This document shows, one piece after another, positions 41,959 to 54,262 of a stretch of DNA of 64,000 bases (position 1 is the stretch's first letter; each line of letters starts with the position of its first letter). Location of the stretch: NCBI RefSeq assembly GCF_000143415.4, contig NW_003314261.1, positions 4,924,360 through 4,988,359 on the forward strand, given 5' to 3'. The notes under the pieces are model-generated. The model was not told the origin of the DNA and did not search any database. It saw only the letters and a list, made by a program, of their open reading frames with translations. The DNA is from Selaginella moellendorffii (taxonomy: Eukaryota; Plantae; Lycopodiophyta). The position numbers and the translations under genes were made by a program.

Positions 41959-44900
41959 GTTAAACACCATCCTGATTCACTCTCTCTCCGCTTACTTGGC
42001 AATGACGTGGCATCAGCCCTCTTTTTTGTTTTATCTCCAGCGCACTCCCTCTCCCGTCCGTCGCCGCTGCACACTCCCGCTCGCGGCTATCGCCCGCCCG
42101 CTCGCCCTCACGGCTCCCGCCCGCACTCCCACCCGCCCCCGCCCCCCATTGACTGCCAGATCCGAGAAGATGGCCTGGATCCATGGCCTGGATCCACGTG
42201 GAAGTAATTTTAGGAATCATTTAGGATCCCCCATGGCTTGATGAGGTGCAAGAATTCCATGAAAAGGATTATTTTTGTGCAGATGATTTAGATTGGAATT
42301 TGTCTAAATCAAATGAAACTATAGCTCCTATTGTGTATATATTCTAGAAGGATGTGAATAAGTTTCTAAATGGTGAGAGGAGAAGGGGTGATGGAGTGGA
42401 TTTTTGGCGATTTTCTAACAAAAATCGTAATCTTGAAGATTTGAAACAACCCAAAAACACAAGCTTTTTATCATTAATCAGGTATATCTTTTTAACAAAA
42501 TATAATTACTAACTTCATGCTACAGGTATTGGTGTGAATATGGAAAACAAGATGCTCGTGAAACATCCTCTATTATGGTTGCTGAATCTACACCAAAGTT
42601 AGGATTTGGAAGTAGACCAGGTCGAAGTTCTAATAAGCGGGGCTGCCTTTGCAATTTTTTGGTCAAACAGTTTTACAAATGGCCTGATTATGTGCAGATT
42701 ACATATTATCATAGAGAACATTGTGATAAGAATGGGATTCCTTGTTATGGTCAACTTGATCTGACTGGAGGAAAGTCATTATTTCCTCAGAAGCTTTCAG
42801 CAGATATTCGATATTGGGTGATTCATATGATTTAGCAGGATTTCACATCAAATCAGATTTATAATGAGCATATACAGATTGTGGAAAGGAACAAGTCAGC
42901 TGGTGAACCTCCTCATCGAGATGATTTTCTAACTATGCAGAATATCTACAATTTGCATAGGAAGTATTTGCTTTCAACTTATCGATTACATGAGAATGAC
43001 GCACAGAGTGTACGTATTTGGAAGAACACAAATCCCGAGAAAGTATTTTTCTATCAGGAAGGTGATCGAGGTAAAGATTGTTTTACTATTGGGATCCAGA
43101 CAACTTGGCAACTACAAAAGATGGTGGACTTTTCAAATAATAATTTATTGAGTCTTGATGCAACTTTTGGAACTAATCGCTATAAGGTAATATTTTCATT
43201 CAGTTTTAAGTGATTAATACTTAATAATTTACAGTTCCCATTATACACCATGCTTGCTTTTGATTATCATGGAAATGGTATTCCAATTACATGGGTTTTA
43301 ACTTCTAGTGAGAAAGGAGAACATATGAAGAATTGGATGATAGCTCTTAAAAAATGAGTTTTAGAACACATGCCAAATTGGAAACCACGGGCGGTACTGA
43401 TTGATGATGCTGAAGCAGAGATTAATGCTATAAGGTAATTAATTTGATATGAAATAATTTAATTGTTTTCTTCTATATAGAGCTACATTTGATTGTCAAA
43501 TTCTATTATGTATTTGGCATGTAAGGAGGAATTGGCTCAAACATATTATTCGTAAGGTGAAATCTTGGGATATTAGGATGGAAATATGGAAACGTCTCGG
43601 AGATATTATGTATCATTCAATTCATGCAACTTTTCATGATGATAATATTATGCGAGCTGAGATTAAACAACTTATTGAACATTTTGAGGGGGATTTTCAA
43701 AATGAAGTAGCCTTTATCAAGTATTTTCAAGACGAATGGAAGGACAAAGTTGGTAAGTGAATCAATAATTTAATTTTTATAATTTATTTTAATTTATATT
43801 TGATAGATATGTGGGTTGTTGCTGCTCGAAATTTCCCTCATGCTAACAAGGAAACAAATAGTTCGATTGAGGCATTCCATGCAAATATGAAAGCTATACT
43901 CTCATCCGATAAAAAACATGCTCGCAATCGAAGGATGGATTGGGCAATTCATCAACTTACTACTAAGGTTCATGCGAGATACTAGTTTACTACTTATTGC
44001 AAAAATCATGGTTTTATCCGAAACTATGCATATGAAAAGCTAATCGATGGTGCGATTGTTAAAGCAAGAAATATTAACGACTCTTAAGTAAAATTCGATA
44101 AGGACAATACTCATAAATCTTATGTATAATCCTCTTCAGATATAACTATATAGTATCTTGTTGTTGGAGGTGAAGGACACAGTGATTGGGCTTTTTCGAC
44201 TTGGTGTAATTGTCCATGGGCAATTAAAGGAAACTTTTGCAAGCATCAAGCAAAAGTTATTATGTTAAAACAAGGAGAAAAAACCGATTGGACTACAACT
44301 AGTTATAAAGTTCAACCATCACAATCGCATGCAATCTTAGAACCTGGGCTAGATGATTTATCTTATCGTCATCAAGATTTTGAAGCACTTGACTTGGAAG
44401 CTATGACAAAGGTAATTCACTTATTAATTAAAATTTTGAAATACTTATAAAAATTTGAGCAAGAAAACATCCATCAAGATGTTTATCATGAGCAAGAAAT
44501 TCAGTTGGAGACTACATTAGAAGTAAAATAACATATTTTATATACTAATATATATGAATATTGAGCAGGAAGATATCCATCAAAATATACAGCATCAACA
44601 AGAAATTCAGCTAAGGACTACTATAGAAGTAATTTACACTAAGTAAATTTTAAATATTGACATGAACTTTAAGCAGGAAGATATCACTCCATCAAAAGTT
44701 ACAAAAACGACATTACAACAAAAGATGATGGATATCTTACAAGATCTTCCTGATGAAGAAGCTTTTTTATCTATGGTTGACAACGATTTAGAAATGATAC
44801 AGTAGAAGGTTGCAACTTTTAAAGCCAAGCCAGATGATTTTATTCATTCTGCAGTAGAATTTCAACAGCGTGTTGATAGTTATGGTACATCCTTGAAGCG

Positions 44901-45733
44901 AGCAAAACCTTTAGTGGAAAGAATTACAGGTAAAAGAAAAGCTTCTAGTAGTCTAGAAGCAACTCCTTTTACTAGGTAGAGGAAGACAAGAAAGAAAAGC
45001 TCTTTAAATGAAAAACTCAATCTTAGCAAAGAATAAATAAAAAAACAAACTCTTTATATACTTACATTGCATATATTTAAATTAGTGAGAAGATTTCATA
45101 AATTTACCACTCCTAATGGTCATCCATGACACTCATTGGCCACAAGCACGTCCACGCGCGCGCTGATTGAAAGTGTTGGGGCGGGAGCCGTGAGGGCGGG
45201 CNNNNNNNNNNNNNNNNNNNNNNNNNNNNNNNNNNNNNNNNNNNNNNNNNNNNNNNNNNNNNNNNNNNNNNNNNNNNNNNNNNNNNNNNNNNNNNNNNNN
45301 NNNNNNNNNNNNNNNNNNNNNNNNNNNNNNNNNNNNNNNNNNNNNNNNNNNNNNNNNNNNNNNNNNNNNNNNNNNNNNNNNNNNNNNNNNNCGGGAAAAA
45401 AAAATCCTTGTTTAAAGAATATTTTGTCCCAAATCAACCCTGGGAGGTCCCTAACCTTTCGCGTAATTTACTGACCCCTGAAACCACCTCCCGGTTCCAT
45501 ACCTCTTTTGGGCGGAAGCCTTTTATTCGAACCCACCACCCAATGGAAGTCCGGGCGGGAACCCTGAGGGCGAGCGGGCGGGCGGGAGCCGCGGGCGGCC
45601 GATACCCGCGGGCGGGAGTGTGCAGCGGCGACGGACGGGAGAGGGAGTGCGCTGGAGATAAAACAAAAAAGAGGGCTGATGCCACGTCATCGCCAGGTAA
45701 GCGGAGAGAGAGTGAATCAGGATGGTGTTTAAC
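41959..45733 (+). mobile_element. MULE (Mutator-like) DNA transposon with long GC-rich TIRs and a decayed SWIM-containing transposase
   Basis: 41959-42125 is the reverse complement of ~45570-45733. Spliced transposase motifs are LDATFGTN, FPLY..D.HGNGIP, IDDAEAEINA, CIWHV, TNSSIEAFH and SWIM CNCP..GNFCKH, with several stops. No TSD was identified. Confidence 0.9.
45202..45391. other. Assembly gap
   Basis: Run of 190 N. Confidence 1.
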
Positions 45734-46029
45734 GGGAGGCGCATTTGAGTCTTAGGAAAACTTCTCTCCATAGATGCACTTTTTGTGCGCGGGAAAGAGG
45801 CTAGGGTTTGCGATGGGCGAATTCACTCGTTTGGGATGAGGGTGCTCGCCTGCCCCTGCGCGACATTGTGGGCCGCGGCGCACACCAAGCACAGCGCCAC
45901 CACCACCCTTGTCTCCTCCACCGCCAGCACCGCCCAGGTACTGTCTCTCCAATGCGGACAGCACATCTGTGATCATCACCATTATTCCAGGGGATTCTCG
46001 CTGCCTCTTGAGCTTGGGCATCTGGATCG

Positions 46030-47398
46030 CGATGATCCAGCAGAGAAGGAATTGGGTCTACCAGCGTACAGATCTCATCCAGAGAAGCAGCGATGCCAAG
46101 AGCGCGCTCAAGCTCTACTGGCGCGCGCACCAGCAATTCCTGGGCGTGGAATCCACAGGGATCCCTCCAGACGGCAGTGATCGAGAGTTGGCGCCTCCTC
46201 CACCCGGGGATCGCCTCGCCGAGACGTGGAATTCGATCGAGGAGATGGGCGTGGCGGTGCTGGAGCTCTGCCTGGCGGCGCTGGCCAGCGGATTGGCAGG
46301 CGGCAAGAACCGCTACGTTCTCGAGAAGCTCTTCCTCAAGATGCAGTACGCGCGCCTCCCAATCTCCAAGTTCCAGTGCCGCCGCTTACTCCTCCAATGC
46401 GGCGGCACCGCCAACGATCACGTCCTCCTCCGCGCGCTCTACGCCTTCATGCACTGCCGCCGGATGCTCACCACCGCGCTGTGCAACCACAGCATCTAGG
46501 CCCTGGGCGAGCACGGCAAGTGGTGGGCGGCGCTGGAGATCTTCGAGACCATGGCGGAGGTGGGCTGCCCGCCCAACGATCTCACCCGCAAGCNNNNNNN
46601 NNNNNNNNNNNNNNNNNNNNNNNNNNNNNNNNNNNNNNNNNNNNNNNNNNNNNNNNNNNNNNNNNNNNNNNNNNNNNNNNNNNNNNNNNNNNNGTGGAGC
46701 TTGATGCTCCTCTGGGCAAGATGGAGGACAAGGGGCTAGAGCCCGGGAAGGGGGCGTGGGACGTAGCGATGGTGGCGTGCGCTTGCGCCGGGCGGAGTAA
46801 AGAGATGCTTGGAGCTCTTCGCTCGGATGATCCGGGCGGGCCATGCACCTGACGCGCGATCCTTTGGATCGCTGCTCAGTTCGATCGAGAAGGGGATTGG
46901 TCTCGATCCGGGACATGGAGCTGGTGGAGAGCATGCGGAGGGGAGGCGTGAGGCCGATCGAATTGATCTACACGACGCTCATTGCGGCGCACGGCAAGGC
47001 CAGCGGTGGCACCGCCGCTGCCATTCCCAGGATCGTGGAGGAGATGCGATTGCAAGGAGTGGCCATGGGGCTGGCGAGCTACAATGCCATCATCACGGTG
47101 TGCGCGCGCCGCAGCGACGCGGCGGGGGTGGTGGAGTGGATGCGCAGGCTCGAGGCGGCGGGGATCGAGCCCAATTCCATCACGTATAACAAGCTGGTGG
47201 AGGCACTGGTGGCGGGAGGCCATGGCGGCGTACGTGGCCATGGTGGAATCCGACCAGCTGGAGCCATCGCCATGGGCCTACGATGCTCTTGCGTGGGTGT
47301 GTAGAGCGAATAGCATTCCAATCGACCACCGCATTGTGGGACGGAGGCCGAGACAACTGATCCAACACTGCCTAGAGGAAGAGAAAACAAGAGCTTAA
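46030..47398 (+). pseudogene. P-class PPR protein, LPE1 (At3g46610)-like, frameshifted
   Basis: GKWWAALEIFE, KMEDKGLEP..AW.VA.VAC, SFGSLLSSIEKG, GIEPNSITY..LVEAL and C-terminal ID..IVGRRP. There is a stop at ~46497, several frame changes, and a gap at 46594-46693. Confidence 0.75.
46594..46693. other. Assembly gap
   Basis: Run of 100 N. Confidence 1.
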
Positions 47399-49623
47399 AA
47401 AGGGTTTAAAGCCGAAAAAAGTGTTACACAGAATGGAAGGAGCTTTTGTTCTTACACAAAAAATTTGTCTAGAGGATTTTTTTCCTTTCGAAGTAGGATT
47501 TGAGGGTTCAAAATTGTCCCAAAGATTAACTCTTTGGACTAAGATTTTAAAATGTATAATAGGGGTAATGCGTAGATTAGGCATAATTGACTAACTTGAG
47601 ATATTGCAGTAAATATATCTATTTTTGTTTTATATTTGGCTTGGTTTTAAGTAAAAGATCCATACTATGCTAACTGTACTTATATCCTCATATTAGGCCA
47701 CAAATATGCTGAAATAGCATTAGACTTTGTTTGGCTCAATTTGACATCATAATCTTAGAGATCTTAAATGCTCCTTTGTTACTTACTATATATTCAAAAG
47801 TTTAGTTCTGTCTCTTTTTTAGTGGCCTAAGGCCTTCAAACTCAAGTCCCGCTCCATTGCCCTTAGCATATATGTTCAAGAGTTAAATTTCACTCCATGG
47901 TTATCCTATAGTAAATAATTATAGGGTAAAGGATATGAACTACACCAATGAATTGTCTTTCAAATCATTTTCTTTAGTTATTTATAATTTACCGTGCTTC
48001 TTTACAAATTTATACCTTTATGAATAAAAATTAAGAGCCACAACTCTCCCAAGAGCCCCTCTCTCTTGACACTATACCTTGGATTAAGCCTAGCTAGAGC
48101 ATACTAAACCATCATATATCAATCTCAACATATAAACTAACTAACAAAATTAGTTAATTAAATTTAGTTAATTAAACTCAAATGTAACTCTTGAATTTAA
48201 ACATTGCAAGAGGTCACATAACCTAGTATTACTCAAATTCAAAGACATTTAGCCTTAAATATCCAATGAATGTATTCATGATTGGCATCTTGTTCCACTA
48301 ATATTTGTTTAGCTGTTATTGTTGAAAGAGGTGAAGAAGCATTGTACAGCCTTGACAAGTCTTGCTCCTTGAATGCTAGTATCTACTTTGAACCTTTCCT
48401 TTAGTGATCACTTTCTTTCATAGTGGACGTTAATCTTGGCCAATGCCAGGAAATACATCCTAAAGGACAGTGATGGTAGATATAGTGATTGATGATATAA
48501 GAGTTGGGAGTTGTGAATAGTGACTTGGATGTGAACTGCTTATCATCACTCTTACATAAGAGGATAGAGACACTGCTTTGCTCACCCACCCGCATGGGTT
48601 GTACTTTGCGTTGCCATAACCATCAAACACCAATGGTCACAACAATAACTAACGGTTTAGGGTCAACAATGTCTACACTCCTAGACATTGGTGGCTGCTG
48701 CTAAGCACACTGTGGAAAATTATGGACTCAATCATCTCGCACACCTTTTTTAAAAGGCTATGGAACATTGCCATTCCCTTCATGTTGGTTCTTTAAAAGA
48801 CAGTCTGTAGAAGGGACCATCAAGAGTTGAAGGTTTGATCACATGTTCCTCAATTGCACTAGTGGAAAAGTAGTTCTGGAGGTAATGCAAACTTCTAATG
48901 GAATTTACTTTAGCTTTATTTAATGAAGAATTAAAATGTAAAAAATCCTAAAACATTTGAGAAGGAAAATGACACAATATCTAGATTCTTGTACACTAGT
49001 ATATTGTTTGATCTATTGCTCTATCTGGGAAACAAGGGCAGGGTGGTAAACATGGGAGCTCTTGCAATACCCTGCTAGCTCTGGGTAACAAGGGCTCTAG
49101 GATCTAGGTACTTTCTCTACTTGTCATGGGAGAATTGTTAAAAAGATGTGTTTCTTGTAAAAGCCTTAGTAATAATGAAATACAAAATAAAACTGGAGAA
49201 GCAAACTTGAAGGTTTCAAAGAATCTCAAGGAGACAATCCAAGCCAAACACGAGTAGTTCACGTTGATGTAGAGCACCTTCTCGTCACTGTACTGTGAAA
49301 GATTTCCAATCTCTCACAATCCATATTGGCACTTTTAAAAGCAAGAGATGAGCTGGATCAACGATGTGCTTCAATGTGATTCTGGCCCATAGGTGCGAAT
49401 GAGCATTGGACGGTCACAATTGCCTAGAATGGATAGCTGGAACAAATTAGGGGAATACGATCTGGCCACAGCAGTCAAGGTGAAATCACTGCAATTGACA
49501 GTAAGCTATGCACTATGGTGAGATCACAGTGATTCCATATCCAGGAATCGGCAAGATACTGTTGATGCCTAAGTCGCCCTCATCTCAAGGCTTTGGTGGA
49601 AGCAGGCAAAGAGACAAAAACGC

Positions 49624-51039
49624 ACACAATATAGCACCCCCCTCTCTTATGTGGCTGCACCTTTGCCACCTCGCTTCCTCCTTAGTGCACTTAGTCATGC
49701 CCAACTCTGCACCCTAAATGTTTAATGACTAACTCTAAATTAGTAACGTTAAACTTTAATTAGTAGATGTGGTTAACTAATATGTTAACAACTTTAATTT
49801 TATAATTAGCCAGTGAATGAACGGCTATAATTCATAAGTATAGAACCTATGCTTGGTTTAGGTTTTTCCTCATTGTGTTTGTGCTCATATTTTCTTTCTT
49901 ATTTTATTCATTCTCTTTAGTATTATACTAGATTGGAATATGTTTCTGATCTTATTGAGAGAACTAATAGTAAAGTAAATTCTTTTATTTTTGTATTACA
50001 ATTGGTCTTCTTCCAGAAGAGAGAGAATGTGAAAGATGTCATCGACCAATGAGATATTGATCTGATAATCGAGGTTATAAAGATGGTTTAAAGTGGAATT
50101 GTAAAAATTGCAATACCACAAAATGTCTTAAAACTAATACATGGTTTGCAAATAGTAATCTCACATTTTCTCAAATATTTAGAGTGATGTATTGTTAGTG
50201 CATTAAAATGCCACAAGATCAAGCTCATATTGAGTGTAGTATTAAAAGTGAGCACATGACAACAAATTAGTACAACTTTTGTTGTGATATTTATGTTATC
50301 ATATTACAATGGGGTAATCAAAAGATTGGTGGTCCAAGAAGAATTGTGGAAATTAATGAAAGTAAGTTTGGTAAGCAAAAATATAATTGTGGTAGAAGAG
50401 TAGAAAGTCAATGGATCTTTGGAGGAATTGAACATGATTCAAATTGAATGTTTATAGTTACAATGGCTAATCGTACTACACAAACTTTATATGTTGAACT
50501 AGGTAAGTTTTATTTATATTATTATTCTTAATTAATAAGTATAATTAATTTCTTAAGAACAATTTTATATACTGATTGTTGGGCTGGTTATGATTCAGAA
50601 TGGTTGAATCAGTTGAACTTCACTCATTATATAATCAATCACTCCTAGAATTTTGTTGATCATGTGATTGTACAAATCGTATTAAATTAACATGGAATGC
50701 AGTGAAAAGATCTTTTCCTCACTATGGTGCAACAAAAGGATTATACAGCTCTTACTTTCAAGAATATATTCAGTGAAAAATATATCTTGAAATAAAGGAA
50801 GTTGCATTTAATATTCTATGTAGTCATATTAAGCTATACAATCAAGATAATGTTGTTATAGTAGAATAAATAGTATATTTTATTTTTTACTTTTAAATAC
50901 TTAAAAATAATTGAAAATAATATACTAGAACAATCTTTCATTTATAGTAATGGCATGCTTATGTAAGCAATGAGGTGGCATGCAAATCCAAATAAGCAAA
51001 TGGGGCCCACTCTAAATAAAGTGGGGGTGCTGTCTACCC
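49624..51039 (+). mobile_element. Decayed Merlin-type (IS1595/ISXO2-like DDE) DNA transposon
   Basis: Manual translation gives WNCKNC..TWFANSNL, IGGPRRIVEINESKFGKQKYNCGRRVESQWIFGGIE, IYTDCWAGY and INHS*NFVD. Degenerate TIRs share AGCACCCCC and TGCCACCTC. The flanks CAAAAACGC and CCAAAACAC look like a decayed TSD. Confidence 0.85.
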
Positions 51040-51450
51040 CCAAAACACTAGTAATTGTTGGGCCGTGTGGAATTGGCAAGAGTTGCTTGCTCAGGGCTTT
51101 GGCTTGCGGCTGGATTCGAGGATTGTTTGCATCTGGGACCTCACTAAGCAGGACTTGGCCAGGTGAGCCGCTCGGCCTGCTTGCAAAACGTGAGGATGAG
51201 ATACAGAGTTTGGATTCTTTGCAAGACATCCAGTACGTGCTGGCGATGCAAAAGCCCAACAGGCATGCCAGATGATAAAGGACGTTTCCAAGATTGATTC
51301 GCATTTCATTGTTGGTGAAGGAGGAGGGGTTTGAATTCATGACTCATCACATTGCCCCCTAGTGTATGGGGAAGTCCACGCAGCAGAGAAGGCCATGGTT
51401 CTTTCAGCATGCCACAGCGCAGCATTGTCTGTGCGCTGGATTATTTGCAG
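51040..51450 (+). pseudogene. P-loop NTPase fragment, possibly Crinkler-type
   Basis: Walker A TLVIVGPCGIGKSCLLRALAC, with frameshifts downstream. Confidence 0.6.
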
Positions 51451-51919
51451 GACGAAGGAGTCGTGCGTTCGAATCCGTGCCCCAACATGCTTGGGAAAAT
51501 AAAAGGAGTGATCAGTTTGTTTTATTTGAGGGTCCCTCTTCTTCGGATGGGTTCGAACCCGGGATCGGCTCTACAAGACTATCCCTCAGGTCCCTGGGCT
51601 GGCCAGTCTTCCCAGGGTTGATCACTTGAAAAATATTGCGTCTCTGTTCTACATAACGAGTTTAGTTAAGCCTTAACCCTGATACAAGCCAACGGCTTAG
51701 ATCGAGATTCGGAGGAATCGTGCTTCGTCCCATCTCACCGGAGGAAAGCATTGCTTGCGAGAAACGGAGCCTCTGCAAGAATAGTGAATCACACCTCCAT
51801 AAATCCCACACTTACCGGTGGACACCAAAGTTCTGATTTTTACTTCCGATCGTTGCGTAGTCGGATTTGTTGCTTGACGAGCTCCTCTTCTTTATCGACA
51901 AACACATAGACGGCTCCAT

Positions 51920-53030
51920 AGACTCTGCGGAAGGAGCATGTAACCAGTGCCGATTCCTGCCGCAGAGACGAGATATCTGAAAACACAATCGATAGGCGAA
52001 CGATGAGACAAACGTGAAGACTAATAAGGAAAGAGCTCCAGGAGAAAACCATGAGAAACTTAACACAAATGCCTTCGCCAAGACGAAGTTGACCGTCTTG
52101 GTGATCGTCAAGTTGTTGAAGCCCGGGACCTGAATGGCATGAGTCTGCTTATCCGTAGTGTGTGAGAAGCGCGAAAGTCAGTTCTTCCCTCAAGCACACA
52201 ACACATCATTCTCAGAGATAAATGGACAAATTAAGAAAGAAAACTTACATTGATCTTCGACCATGACGAAGGTTTCGCAGTTCTTCTCTTGTCTCTAGTT
52301 GGCCCATAACCTTCCATAGCAGTCTATGGACCAGCCCCTGGCGAGATGTTTTCGATCCAGATTCGCTGGGATACCATGGAAAATAGTTTCTTGCTGGCTT
52401 CCTTTCACTGAAGCCTTGCTCTTGCTGGAGAGTGGTGTTGCCTGTGTGTGAGCAAAGATTCGATTCTTCTCAAAAACACGCCTTATTGATTCGTTGTTTT
52501 CCTCATTGTACGCCTTGATCTTGGCCTCTGTCTCAACAACATTGGCATTGACATTGTTGAATCCCACCGGCTCTGGCCCCAAAGCTTTGTCACGCTAGAT
52601 TGGCTCATAAATCCAGACAAATTACCAATCCCAGCAATCTCAGCGCGTTGCAAACTACATGTAACTTTTCCTCCGCTTTCATGTTGATCTCTCGGCTTAT
52701 TTTTTCTTCATGGAAACGACGCCAAGATCATCGCGAGCTGGCAGATGAGGTTTGATCTTCCGGACAAGAGTTTCACGCCACGTGGCTCTAGCTTGTGTCG
52801 ATTTTCACTGCTAGGGCATTCCACCCTGCCGTGGTTCAGAATTCCGCCATGTATATAAAGGGGTCGAGTAGAGATGAATTTCCCAGGGGAGAGCTTGAAA
52901 CATTAGCGTTTGAATCCCCCGGGAATGGGGCCGCTGGCCCTCGACCGCTTTGGTGGACTGTGAGGCTCTTCAGGCTAAATCTCCATAGCCAACTTGATCG
53001 TGGTCTAGAGGATAGCATCAGGTACACAAC
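51920..53030. repeat. Dispersed mosaic repeat, copy B (CASP-like and MAT1-like fragments on the minus strand)
   Basis: Colinear with 28690-29825. It encodes TITKTVNFVLAKAFV|YLVSAAGIGTGY (CASP-like, intron retained) and NVVETEAKIKAYNEENNESI (MAT1-like). Confidence 0.85.
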
Positions 53031-53099
53031 CCCCAGCAGTGGCCCGTAAATTTTAACACCAAGAAGCATAGCATTTTTTGTCTTCCTCTCGGGCAATTG

Positions 53100-54262
53100 A
53101 GGAGCCCAAATTGTTAGAGATATGCCGAGCGTCAAGTTCGTCCCGTTGTACCCAGCCAGCTTTAAGCCCTACTGCAACCCGAACAGGCCCATCTCTGTCG
53201 TGTCCAGTCCACAGAAGTGGGAACAAACGGCAGGCTCGCAATCACAGGCTTGATCCAAGCACCCAGCTTTGCCGAGAGCATCCACCATGCAGCTGTAGTG
53301 TTCGTTTCCAGCTTCCAGCTCGTAATCCATCACCATCAAAAGGAAGCACGACCTCGAGCACAAGCCATGAGAAGCAGCAAATGGCTTGTTTCGTCGGGGC
53401 ACACAGCTGCGATCTTCATTCTTCCCAGCAATTCCAAAATTTTGGAGCATGGACCCATAGCCAGTGAGGAGAGCATTCCACGAGATTAAAATTGGACTAG
53501 GCATCGAATCAAACTTCCAGGTTCCCATTCTGGGCATATGCCGAGAGAAGTGACGTCCACGAGACGAGATCTCGGAGGAAAGAGCTCATCCGTCTTGGAA
53601 AGATCCAGTATGCTGTTAGCATTGCGTTCCAAGAAGAAATGTCATGGCAAGGCATTAGTGCAACTGCTTCTTCAAGATGCCTGTATGCCGAGAGAATGAT
53701 CGTGAATGAGACCCTACTCTCAAACGCACACCTTGCTTCTTCCAGATTCCCACTCTGCGATTCCACTGAGGCATCTCGCTGCTCCATTTCCTGGAACTCG
53801 TTTGGCCTGGATGAGATCGCCGTGCTGGACGGAATGCCATGCTGGCAGCATATTCCACCTGGAAGATGCTCGTAGAATATTCAATGGTCTCGCAGCGGCA
53901 GCGGTGCGGCTTCTCCCTTATATGCGACGAAGACTGCAAGTGGAGGCAAATAAGTCTTCGAAGCGATGCCGATGCTGGATTTGGATCGATTGAGCCTGGG
54001 CTTTTTTTTCTAGAGATTCACATCGAAGACCTCCTTGGCCTGGGCCAGCTACCCATTGTGCGAGTACGTGCAGAGGAGGATCGACCAGGAGTAGCCGTTC
54101 TTGGATCGAATGCCATCGAAGACCTAGCGTGCAATACCCAGGCATTTCCCACCAATGGAATGCATGAATTGATTGCCTCTGCCGCTGCGAGATTCCGGCA
54201 CGATCTCACAAGATCCAAGAACCATCGCTCAATTGCATTGCCAGGATCTCGCGGTTGACATG
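53100..54262 (-). pseudogene. PLS-class PPR gene, fragmented
   Basis: DISSWNAMLTAY, DLVSWTSLLSAYAQNGNL, ISWNALLTGY and EHYSCMVDALGKAG in different frames. Confidence 0.85.

Noticed and set aside
49624-51039. Bacterial IS1595 contamination or recent horizontal transfer
   Set aside because: The element is decayed, has intron-like tracts and interrupts a host repeat whose empty site is present in the window.
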